A stretch of 64,000 nucleotides of DNA from Chthoniobacterales bacterium (GTDB taxonomy: Bacteria > Verrucomicrobiota > Verrucomicrobiia > Chthoniobacterales > DASVRZ01): the NCBI GenBank assembly GCA_038230215.1, contig JBBRNR010000001.1, positions 236,498-300,497 on the forward strand, read 5' to 3'. How positions within the stretch are numbered: the stretch's first letter is position 1; every line of letters begins with the position of its first letter. Made by a program: the position numbers and the translations under genes. Under the pieces are notes generated by a model. The model was given only the letters and a program-made list of their open reading frames with translations. It was not told the DNA's origin and did not search any database. Positions 56,160 to 64,000 of the stretch are shown piece after piece.

Positions 56160-58111
56160 TGTAAGAACCAGCGGCCGTCTGTCTTCGAGTAGGAAACGAG
56201 ATAAGGTGTGCCTGGAGGTGGATTGTTCACGAGGCGACCGTCGAAGTTCCAACGGCGTTTGGGAGCCCCATACACGTTGGATTTCCCCCACGGCTGGTTG
56301 GCTTGCTGACTCTGAAACATTTCCACCATGGATCCCCAATATGTGAATTCGATGTTGCTCCAATCCTCGAGGAAGCGGGGGAAGTTTTCCGCACCGCCAC
56401 TGTAAGCCGAGCTGGTGGTGGAGACGTTGCCCGTCATAAAGGCCGAGTTGATGGTGGTGCGGCTGGCGTTGGTAACCTTGGTGGTGGAGGAGTTGACTTT
56501 GGCATCGTCCCAAGAATTGGAGAGAACGGTGATGGCATCGCCGATAATTGCGGCAGGTTGCTGGGTGACGCCTGTGATTGTGTTCTTGGTTTGATCGGGA
56601 TTGGAGGATGCATTGGAAAGGGGCTGAGTGGTGGGTGTTCGGCTTGTGCCCGTATAAGTACCTCCGGTGTTGTAATCACCCTGCACGTAAATCGGATTTT
56701 GACTCGCAAAAGTGAGGCCGCCGTTTGGCAAAGTAGCTCCGCGAATGAGTCGGATACCTTTACGTGCCGTGCTTGTGCCTCGAGAGTCGTAAACAAAGAC
56801 GGTTTTATTGCCCGCGATATAGAGCGGATCGGTGGTTGGGAGTTTAGAGCGGGCGGTAAGTTGGCTTACGTCCACATCGGTCACGTCCACATTTCCGCCC
56901 CAGCGATTGTCGCGCACCGTCTGGCTGGGTGTGAAGACCGAGGCCAGAGTGGTATCGGGGTCCACTTTGTAAACGTTGTAACCATTGGCATCGACGTAGT
57001 CCTTCACTTTGACGCTAACAACAGGTGTAGTGGTGCCGCTGATTTCGACGAGTATGTCGGACTTGTTATAATAGCGCTGCTGGCCGATCTCAGTGGGGTC
57101 GGTATAGTTCGAGTCGGGAACTTGGATTATTTCCTGAAAGCCGTCATTGTTCGGGTTGCTGTCGGTGGTGTTGAAGGTAGAGCTGGAGATATCGATTACT
57201 TTCTGCTGCGTGCCTGCGGATGGTGGCGAGGTGCTGGTCCAGTTATCGAGATAACCGTTGGAGACGGAGCTGCCGGAAACGAGATCGTTGCCGCCGTTGT
57301 AGATGTCTGCGGTGGTGGGAAACGAACTGCCGCCGCTGATGCGACGGCTATCACCAGGCGCATAGTTGCCCTCCATGCCGTTACCGAAAGTCACGCGGCC
57401 CATCATGTGGACACTATTTTGCGCGGCGTAGAAGGTGCCATTGCTGTGGATCCAGCCATTGATGATCATATCGGGACCAGGATGTAACTCCAGGTTGTCA
57501 TTATAAAAAATGGCGAAGCCCCAAGGGGACTTGAAGCGCTTGACGAAGTAACGGTTGGTCTCTACATGCACGGTGGTGGTGCCACGATCACGCACCGGGA
57601 CATTGACTCCGACATGGGCCTTGTAGTAAAAATTGCGGTTGCCACTCTCCAAACCAATAGAAGGCCGCAGATAGTCTTCCCCGGTGGTCTTCGCGGGACT
57701 GACAGAGGTTGTGACGTCGTTTCCAAAACCGTCGATGTGGGTAATTTTAAAGTCTTTTTTGAATCCGTCGCTGCCCACGGTCAGGTCTTGCGTATAATAA
57801 AAGCCCGTGGCATTGCTGGCGACGGAGGCAGAGACGGGCGTGTAGGTGGAAAGCGTGTTCTTTAAGTCTGCCGTGGTAATCTCACCGGACGCACCGCGAT
57901 TCTGGCTGGCGGATTTCCAGAACGAAAATGCCTGGTCAACCAGTCCGTCAGCGATGTTGGCGGCGGCTTGGTAAGCCTCGGCGCGTTTCCCGTTTTTATC
58001 CACGGCACCCGTGAAATCGAAGGCAACGCTAATCAACGCTGCAAAAGTCGCGATAATCATCATGGTGACGATGATGGTGTTGCCTTGTTCGTTTTTCATC
58101 TGGTTGCACAT
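56156..58111 (-). CDS. large PilX-N-terminal-like pilus/pseudopilus-associated protein
   Basis: The N-terminus MKNEQGNTIIVTMMIIATFAALISVAF resembles the PilX/GspK-type anchor. The body is a 600-aa Thr/Ser/Asn/Gly-rich beta-type region. Confidence 0.55.
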   Translation of the reverse strand: MCNQMKNEQGNTIIVTMMIIATFAALISVAFDFTGAVDKNGKRAEAYQAAANIADGLVDQAFSFWKSASQNRGASGEITTADLKNTLSTYTPVSASVASNATGFYYTQDLTVGSDGFKKDFKITHIDGFGNDVTTSVSPAKTTGEDYLRPSIGLESGNRNFYYKAHVGVNVPVRDRGTTTVHVETNRYFVKRFKSPWGFAIFYNDNLELHPGPDMIINGWIHSNGTFYAAQNSVHMMGRVTFGNGMEGNYAPGDSRRISGGSSFPTTADIYNGGNDLVSGSSVSNGYLDNWTSTSPPSAGTQQKVIDISSSTFNTTDSNPNNDGFQEIIQVPDSNYTDPTEIGQQRYYNKSDILVEISGTTTPVVSVKVKDYVDANGYNVYKVDPDTTLASVFTPSQTVRDNRWGGNVDVTDVDVSQLTARSKLPTTDPLYIAGNKTVFVYDSRGTSTARKGIRLIRGATLPNGGLTFASQNPIYVQGDYNTGGTYTGTSRTPTTQPLSNASSNPDQTKNTITGVTQQPAAIIGDAITVLSNSWDDAKVNSSTTKVTNASRTTINSAFMTGNVSTTSSAYSGGAENFPRFLEDWSNIEFTYWGSMVEMFQSQQANQPWGKSNVYGAPKRRWNFDGRLVNNPPPGTPYLVSYSKTDGRWFLQ

Positions 58112-58113
58112 GG

Positions 58114-59046
58114 TTAGTTATAGTTGGTGCTTTGGAGCATTTCGCATTTAGCCGGAATGGTTTCGCTCAATACCATGCGGTCGCTAGCAAAGTTGCGGTT
58201 GCTGGTATCGTCATTGATCGAGATGAGTTGGACCACCACTTTGCCAGTGCCGGACACCAAGGAAAACGGTCCATCGGGCAGCACTGAGGTGCCAGCCGGC
58301 AGATAGGTTGTCATGTTCGTGGTAGTCACGGTATATTTTGAAGTGTCTGATGCGTCTGGATAATAGCGGACTTCAGTTTTGGTGGGCAGGCCGTCGCTGT
58401 CTGTTGCCGTGGTGGTGGGCACCACGCAATACGCGGCCAGTCTTGCAATGTAGATAAGCGTCGGCTCAATCGGCGGAGTGGGAAGGGTGCTCGGATTGAT
58501 GGTGAGACTGATGCCCAAGTCCTTGACGGTCACCGTGGTCGGACTGCCCAGGCTAATGGCGGTGATTTTTCGGGTGAGGGTATTGCCCAGTGTGTCTTCG
58601 ATATCTGGAAAAATAAGGATGTCGCCGACTTTCGGGGCGTTTGTTTGCTGCGGGATTTTTAGAGAAACCGAGGAGGAGGGGGATACTGTAGGTATGCTGG
58701 AGCCACTGCTGTTGACAACGATGTAGGAGGCTGTGGGATTCAACAAAACTGGGAACCGGACGCCTTGTGCTGTGGTGTTAGTCGCGTTTTGAAAGCTGCT
58801 ACCGGGTAGGTTGACCAACTCGGGACGGCCTATCGATTCATGCAAGTCCTGAACGAGCCGGATCGACGCGGCTCTCGCGGTGAGATTGGAGTGGTTTGTC
58901 GCGATGTTTTTGGAAAAGAGAATCATCCCGCCATTTAAAACGGTATAAATTACTCCGGCCACAATACCCAGCATTCCAATGGAAATGGCCAGTTCCACGA
59001 GAGTGAAGGCACGAGATCGGATCGGATGGGCAGACAGGTTATTCAT
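58114..59046 (-). CDS. prepilin-type N-terminal cleavage/methylation domain protein (pseudopilin)
   Basis: Start at MNNLSAHPIRSRAFTLVELAISIGMLGIVAGV (cat 59044-59046), with an FTLxE motif and hydrophobic helix. Confidence 0.7.
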   Translation of the reverse strand: MNNLSAHPIRSRAFTLVELAISIGMLGIVAGVIYTVLNGGMILFSKNIATNHSNLTARAASIRLVQDLHESIGRPELVNLPGSSFQNATNTTAQGVRFPVLLNPTASYIVVNSSGSSIPTVSPSSSVSLKIPQQTNAPKVGDILIFPDIEDTLGNTLTRKITAISLGSPTTVTVKDLGISLTINPSTLPTPPIEPTLIYIARLAAYCVVPTTTATDSDGLPTKTEVRYYPDASDTSKYTVTTTNMTTYLPAGTSVLPDGPFSLVSGTGKVVVQLISINDDTSNRNFASDRMVLSETIPAKCEMLQSTNYN

Positions 59047-59620
59047 CTTGTGAACGGAAGGTGCTGGTTCTAACCAAGTAGCGATAGGCTGACTCAAAAG
59101 CCGTCTGGCTGGTATATGTATAAGAGGTATTATTGGAGCTGGACCCACCACGGAAATTGTATCCCACCACCACATCCACCTGACGTAATGTTTTGCTGAT
59201 GACGGTTATCTTCCGCAGCAACTGGCCGTTGACGAGTCCACTACCCTTGTTGGCGGCCACCAAAATAGGGACTGACCGAATGGCAGTGCTATATTCGTAA
59301 CCCGAGGCATCCGTTCCAGAAATCGCCCAACTCTCATCCGTTGCCAGGGCGCCTGCATCCGATTGCACGAGGAGAATTTGCGGCACGCTGCTGGTTGCCG
59401 TATAAGGCCGCGCCGACATCACCTGATCGATCTCTTGTTGCGCGCAGACCAAGGCAGCAGTCCCTACACGACTGCGCGAGCTTTGCCGATTCAAAACAAG
59501 AAATGTGGATGTAATGCTGATAAAAATGATCGCCAGCAGCGCTACGGAGATAAGGATCTCCGTTAGAGTGAACCCAGTTTTGTCCTTAATAGAAGACAGC
59601 GAAGCGCGAAGGGACAACAT
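59039..59620 (-). CDS. prepilin-type N-terminal cleavage/methylation domain protein (pseudopilin)
   Basis: ..KDKTGFTLTEILISVALLAIIFISI.. carries the G-FTLxE motif. Confidence 0.7.
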   Translation of the reverse strand: MLSLRASLSSIKDKTGFTLTEILISVALLAIIFISITSTFLVLNRQSSRSRVGTAALVCAQQEIDQVMSARPYTATSSVPQILLVQSDAGALATDESWAISGTDASGYEYSTAIRSVPILVAANKGSGLVNGQLLRKITVISKTLRQVDVVVGYNFRGGSSSNNTSYTYTSQTAFESAYRYLVRTSTFRSQDE

Positions 59621-59738
59621 GACAACTTATCTGTAGCGATTTTCGTGCCCCTCTAGTATGGCCGATGAAAAACGCATTTAACTCTCGAATTTGCGCCTCA
59701 TAATTGCAGTTTGAGACAGTCATCTACAGATAGGGAAA

Positions 59739-59811
<73 letters not shown>

Positions 59812-59916
59812 GGTCATCGGGCCTGATTTGGAAAAACAGGCGCAGTCAGTATGGGTCGAAAAAGGTTTTCAGCAACCGAAAAGGCGGCCTCATTCCGATG
59901 GAACTCGACTCGCTTT

Positions 59917-61083
59917 TTATCCGGCCAGCAAACCGGCCATATAAGCGGCGGGCTGGAAGTTTTCGATCAGGATTTCGGTGCGTCCATTGCGATGCATGCG
60001 GACTTGCGGCACGTTAATTTCAGGGGTTTTGGCTGGAGAAAAAAGAATGTCGTCGTGAGTGGCGTTTTTCTTGGTCTTGAACATGCTCGGGACCAGATTG
60101 CCGCCGAGATGATCACTGCGTCCGGTGGCGACGTGCATCGTGCCGAGGACTTTCTCATCCTGAATATCTCGTCCGGAAACGGGCAGCACCTGCGTGCCAA
60201 AACCCAGTTCGCCCAATTCGCCGGTGACTGGATCGTAGGCAAGCTTCGCGTTGTGCTCGGCGACAGTTTCCAAGTTGCCGCGAACGAAATCCGCCTTCAC
60301 GATGCGACCGCCGGTGACGTTCATGATGCCCAAAGTGCCGTCCTCGTAGGTCGAGGGAAACTGCCCCTCAGCTCCGGTGGGAACGTAATAAATTTCGCCA
60401 GCGGGGAGATTCGCAATGTCGGGGCCGCCACGACATAAACCGTGGCTTTTCTGCGCGTCCTGACCGTCCAATTGAAGGTGCAATGTGTATTTGTGGTCGT
60501 CCAAAGTGTAATCAATCTCGACCCAGTCGGCGTTCGTCATTCCAAGACGAAGTTTTTCGGCATTGGCGCTGACCTCGTCGTAATCCACGGCCAATCCGGA
60601 GCCTAGAATGATGTCATTCACCCCATGCAAAGTCGCTCCGCGGAAGCCGTATTGTTTGGCAAAAGCGGTCAGCGGAGCCGTGGCCGAGTAGGTGGAAATG
60701 CAGAGGATGATCTGGTAATTCGGATAAACATCGCGCTCCAGGCTGACCTGCCGCCCATCGGGAGCAAATGCCTCATCGGGCAGGTCAAGATTACTGCCGC
60801 CAGTGATTTCGAAAGCGTAGAAATCCACGTTTCCAACCTGAATCGCGGCACCCTCGCCATTGAGTAATCCTTGGTAGAAAACATCGTGAGCGTTACGCTG
60901 GATGGTGAGTGAGGGATTGTTCAAAAAGGCAAAATCCTTGACCTCATGCGGGTCTTCGAGGTCGATCAGGATGGCCACGTTTTCGCCGCCCTTCGGTTGA
61001 AAAACCGTTTTCAGCAATCGAGAGAGGCTGAATTCAGGGAAACCCGGAAGCCGGGGGATGACAGGAGCAATGGCGGTGGTCAT
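59917..61083 (-). CDS. M29-family (aminopeptidase T/PepS-like) metallopeptidase-like protein
   Basis: ..ANLPAGEIYYVP.., ..GELGFGTQ.. and ..DEKVLGTMHVATG.. resemble conserved M29 blocks. Confidence 0.55.
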   Translation of the reverse strand: MTTAIAPVIPRLPGFPEFSLSRLLKTVFQPKGGENVAILIDLEDPHEVKDFAFLNNPSLTIQRNAHDVFYQGLLNGEGAAIQVGNVDFYAFEITGGSNLDLPDEAFAPDGRQVSLERDVYPNYQIILCISTYSATAPLTAFAKQYGFRGATLHGVNDIILGSGLAVDYDEVSANAEKLRLGMTNADWVEIDYTLDDHKYTLHLQLDGQDAQKSHGLCRGGPDIANLPAGEIYYVPTGAEGQFPSTYEDGTLGIMNVTGGRIVKADFVRGNLETVAEHNAKLAYDPVTGELGELGFGTQVLPVSGRDIQDEKVLGTMHVATGRSDHLGGNLVPSMFKTKKNATHDDILFSPAKTPEINVPQVRMHRNGRTEILIENFQPAAYMAGLLAG

Positions 61084-61250
61084 AGGATTATGTTCGGTCG
61101 TTGTCGAAGAATGTCAAAATGATAGCCTGAGTCAGGTGTCAGTGTAAATCCTGATACGATTGGAAGTCCGCCCAGCGATGCAGCGGAGTTGCATAAAACT
61201 GGAGTTTTTATTCGCGCACGGCGGCGGGCTTTGCTTTGCTGTGCGGTCAC

Positions 61251-62342
61251 ATGTCGAGTCAACTAGGCCAGCTTTTTCGTATTTCCACCTGGGGTGAATC
61301 CCACGGGGGCGGCGTCGGTGTCGTGGTGGATGGCTGCCCGGCGCGGTTGGAATTGAGCGAGGCGGACATTCAAGTCGATCTCGACCGGCGACGTCCGGGT
61401 CAAAGTGAGATCGTAACCCCGCGCGATGAGGCGGACGAATGTCGGATTTTGAGCGGCGTCTTCGAGGGGAAAACCCTCGGGACTCCCATTTCTATCGTGG
61501 TAATGAACAAGGACGCGCGGCCATCGGCTTACACGGAGATGGAAACCGCATTTCGGCCTTCGCACGGAGATTACACTTACGAGGAGAAATATGGGATCCG
61601 CAATCATCAGGGCGGCGGTCGCGCCTCGGCTCGCGAGACGATCGGCCGCGTGGCGGCGGCGGCGATTGCCAAAAAACTTTTCGCGCAGATAGCACCGCAA
61701 CTCGAAGTGCTGGCCTACGTAAAATCGATCTACGATATCGAGGCCGAAGTCGATCCGGCCACGGTGATTTTCAGCGACATCGAGGGAAATATTGTGCGTT
61801 GTCCCGATCCAGCAGCGGTCGAAAAAATGATCACTCTGATCAAGCAAATGCGGAAGGAGGGCAACTCCGTCGGCGGCGTAGTAGAGTGCGTCATCCGAAA
61901 TTGTCCGACCGGCCTCGGCGAGCCCGTTTTCGACCGATTGGAAGCCGATCTGGCAAAAGGAATGCTCAGTCTGCCCGCGACGAAAGGATTCGAGATCGGC
62001 TCCGGATTTTCCAGCACGCGCATGACCGGCGCCGAGCACAACGATCCATTTGTGATGCGAGATGGGAAGGTCCGCACGACGACGAATTTCTCCGGCGGAA
62101 CCCAAGGCGGCATCTCGAATGGGGAGAATATTTTTTTTCGAGTGGCCTTCAAACCCACCGCCACGATCACGCGGTCGCAGCAAACCGTCACCAAATCCGG
62201 CGAGGCAACCGAGCTGGCCGCGCGCGGACGCCACGATCCTTGCGTCCTGCCGCGCGCCGTGCCGATGGTCGAGGCGATGGCCTGGCTAACATTGGCCGAT
62301 CATTGGCTGCGGCAGCACGCGACCGATATTCTCCCGCGCTAA
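61251..62342 (+). CDS. aroC: chorismate synthase
   Basis: [30 protein letters not shown].., ..RPGQSE.. and ..GRHDPCV.. motifs. Start at atg 61251. Confidence 0.93.
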   Translation: MSSQLGQLFRISTWGESHGGGVGVVVDGCPARLELSEADIQVDLDRRRPGQSEIVTPRDEADECRILSGVFEGKTLGTPISIVVMNKDARPSAYTEMETAFRPSHGDYTYEEKYGIRNHQGGGRASARETIGRVAAAAIAKKLFAQIAPQLEVLAYVKSIYDIEAEVDPATVIFSDIEGNIVRCPDPAAVEKMITLIKQMRKEGNSVGGVVECVIRNCPTGLGEPVFDRLEADLAKGMLSLPATKGFEIGSGFSSTRMTGAEHNDPFVMRDGKVRTTTNFSGGTQGGISNGENIFFRVAFKPTATITRSQQTVTKSGEATELAARGRHDPCVLPRAVPMVEAMAWLTLADHWLRQHATDILPR

Positions 62343-62343
62343 T

Positions 62344-63261
62344 ATGATGCTGGCCGAGAACACTTTCGCGGGTCTCACCGTGCTGCAAATCGCGTTGGTT
62401 AGTCTGGCGCTGCTCATCATTACGATGAACGTATGGTCCGGCTGGCAAAACGGCATCGTGCGCCAGGTCTTGCGCATCGTCGCCATCCTCGCCGGCTACA
62501 TCGCAGGCTATAAGTTAGGTCCGGTTCTAACTCCCATGGTGCCGGATGTAGCCGTCCTCGGTTCCGCACAACCGGCGATCATATCCATCCTCACCGGTTT
62601 TCTAACTTACCTGATTTTGCGCTTCATTATCAACATGCTCTTCCGTAAAACCCGGGAGCAGGAATCCGCCCTCATGCGCATCATTTACGGCATCGGCGGC
62701 GCGACGGTCGGTTTGTTTTTCAGCGTTTTTTTTCTCGTAGCTTTTCTAGTCGGCGTCCGATTGCTAGGGACGATCGTTGACGCCCAGTTTCATGTGGCCG
62801 AGAAACGTCACGAAAAATTGCCCGACGACACGCGCACCACTGTCATGAAGCAACTTTCCAAGGCGCGCCAGGCGATTGAAAACGGTCCCGTGGCCGCAGT
62901 GGTTGAGACCATAGACCCGACTCCCTCCAGCGTTTACAAAACGCTCGACCGTGTCGCCCGCGTAACGTCCGATCCCGATGCGATGAACCGGTTTGTTAGC
63001 TATCCAGGAACGCGGCAGTTGATGCAGCATCCGTCGTTGAAAAAGCTGGCCGACGACCCGGACATCCAAACCATGGTTCAGAAAAAAGACTACGTCCACC
63101 TGATGCAAAATCCCAAGGTGACCGAGATGTTCAAGGATGATTCTTTGCGCACAAAATTGAAGACATTCGAGTTCAATAAGGCCATGGATTACGCCCTCAG
63201 GTCAGGGCCGCTTCCTCCCGCCAAACCTTCCCCCGCCCCGCTCAACACCATTCTCTACTAA
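62344..63261 (+). CDS. CvpA-family membrane protein with ~140-aa soluble C-terminal extension
   Basis: 4 TM segments with a CvpA-like N-terminus (..WSGWQNGIVRQVLRIVAILAGY..). 1-nt gap after aroC. Confidence 0.5.
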   Translation: MMLAENTFAGLTVLQIALVSLALLIITMNVWSGWQNGIVRQVLRIVAILAGYIAGYKLGPVLTPMVPDVAVLGSAQPAIISILTGFLTYLILRFIINMLFRKTREQESALMRIIYGIGGATVGLFFSVFFLVAFLVGVRLLGTIVDAQFHVAEKRHEKLPDDTRTTVMKQLSKARQAIENGPVAAVVETIDPTPSSVYKTLDRVARVTSDPDAMNRFVSYPGTRQLMQHPSLKKLADDPDIQTMVQKKDYVHLMQNPKVTEMFKDDSLRTKLKTFEFNKAMDYALRSGPLPPAKPSPAPLNTILY

Positions 63262-63268
63262 CACTTTT

Positions 63269-64000
63269 ATGAAACCCGGATTGATCGTCACCATTGGATT
63301 GGAAGTCCACGTCCAGCTCAAGACTCGCAGCAAGATGTTCTGCGGCTGCCCTGTGGAATTTGGAGCCGAACCTAACACGCACACCTGCCCCGTTTGTTTG
63401 GGCATGCCTGGCTCGCTGCCGGCGATGAATTTACAGGCGCTGAAACTAACGGCGCTGACGGGTTTAATGTTGAAATGCGAGATTCCAGAGATCTGCAAAT
63501 TCGATCGCAAGCACTACTTCTACCCGGACATGCCTAAGAACTACCAGATCACACAATTCGACCAGCCTATCTGTCTCGGCGGAGGCGTTCCGTTGCACGA
63601 TCTGGCGTATCCGAAAGACCACCAAAAGAAGATCGCGACTCCTAACAAAGTCATCGGGCTGACTCGCATTCATCTGGAGGAGGACGTTGCGAAAAGTTTC
63701 CACTTCGAAGCCAACACCGGGATCGACTTTAACCGCGCTGGATCGCCGCTGATGGAGATTGTTAGCGATCCCGACATTGCATCACCCGAGGAGGCTTTCG
63801 CTTATCTAACTTCGCTCCGCCAAGTGTTAGTCTATGGCAATGTGAGCGACGCCGACATGGACAAGGGCCAGATGCGCGTGGACTGCAACATTTCAGTTAG
63901 ACCCGAGTCGCAGAAAGATTACAACGCGAAGATCGAACTGAAGAATTTGAACACGGTCAGTGGTGTTAGACGCGCACTCGCATTCGAGATCACACGACAG
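63269..64000 (+). CDS. gatB: Asp/Glu-tRNA(Asn/Gln) amidotransferase subunit B, 3' end outside window
   Basis: Hand translation from atg 63269: MKPGLIVTIGLEVHVQLKTRSKMFCGCPVEFGAEPNTHTCPVCLGMPGSLP... The frame is open to nt 64000. It is not in the ORF track because no stop is reached. Confidence 0.9.
   Translation, partial: MKPGLIVTIGLEVHVQLKTRSKMFCGCPVEFGAEPNTHTCPVCLGMPGSLPAMNLQALKLTALTGLMLKCEIPEICKFDRKHYFYPDMPKNYQITQFDQPICLGGGVPLHDLAYPKDHQKKIATPNKVIGLTRIHLEEDVAKSFHFEANTGIDFNRAGSPLMEIVSDPDIASPEEAFAYLTSLRQVLVYGNVSDADMDKGQMRVDCNISVRPESQKDYNAKIELKNLNTVSGVRRALAFEITRQ

Overview
High-GC bacterial chromosomal window (upper-50s % GC by eye) with about 60 protein genes, mostly on the minus strand and often joined by 4-nt ATGA overlaps. 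Prepilin-like FTLxE proteins, a GxxExxY gene and weak Shine-Dalgarno usage suggest a Verrucomicrobiota/PVC-type organism; that is inference only. Recognisable housekeeping genes: UbiD-family decarboxylase, nadA, hemL, purB, def, exbB-exbD-tonB-like, comB-like phosphatase, ogg-type glycosylase, plsC-like acyltransferase, nuoE/nuoF/nuoG, aroC, cvpA-like and gatB (3' truncated). There is one tRNA-Ala(CGC) and one clear SAM-I riboswitch. Features worth a second look: (1) a 2395-aa cytoplasmic hybrid histidine kinase with about 30 serial HAMP domains, encoded by 14 units of 276 bp in exact register, next to a REC-HK-REC protein and divergent from a wHTH plus two small membrane proteins; (2) the SAM-I riboswitch in front of a ThrC-like / MoaD-ThiS-like (C-terminal GG) / NIL-domain operon, i.e. 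a likely sulfur-carrier-dependent homocysteine route; (3) a low-GC two-gene islet (114-aa protein plus HNH nuclease with an unassigned N-domain) followed by 650 bp of repeat-rich non-coding DNA; (4) two related 21-bp-period tandem arrays (about 21.1 kb and 48.7 kb) in opposite orientation; (5) a GxxExxY gene bracketed by two copies of a long palindromic element that includes the preceding stop codon and abuts the next ATG; (6) a stand-alone LolA-like / LpxL-like / MMPL / lipoprotein module; (7) a Met-rich MXKDX-repeat secreted protein, a receiver protein with a histone-H1-like tail, an orphan pseudopilin operon next to the tRNA, and nuoEF-nuoG split by a convergent kinase gene. No CRISPR array, transposase, integrase or rRNA was seen. 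All functions come from my reading of the translated ORFs; no database search was run.
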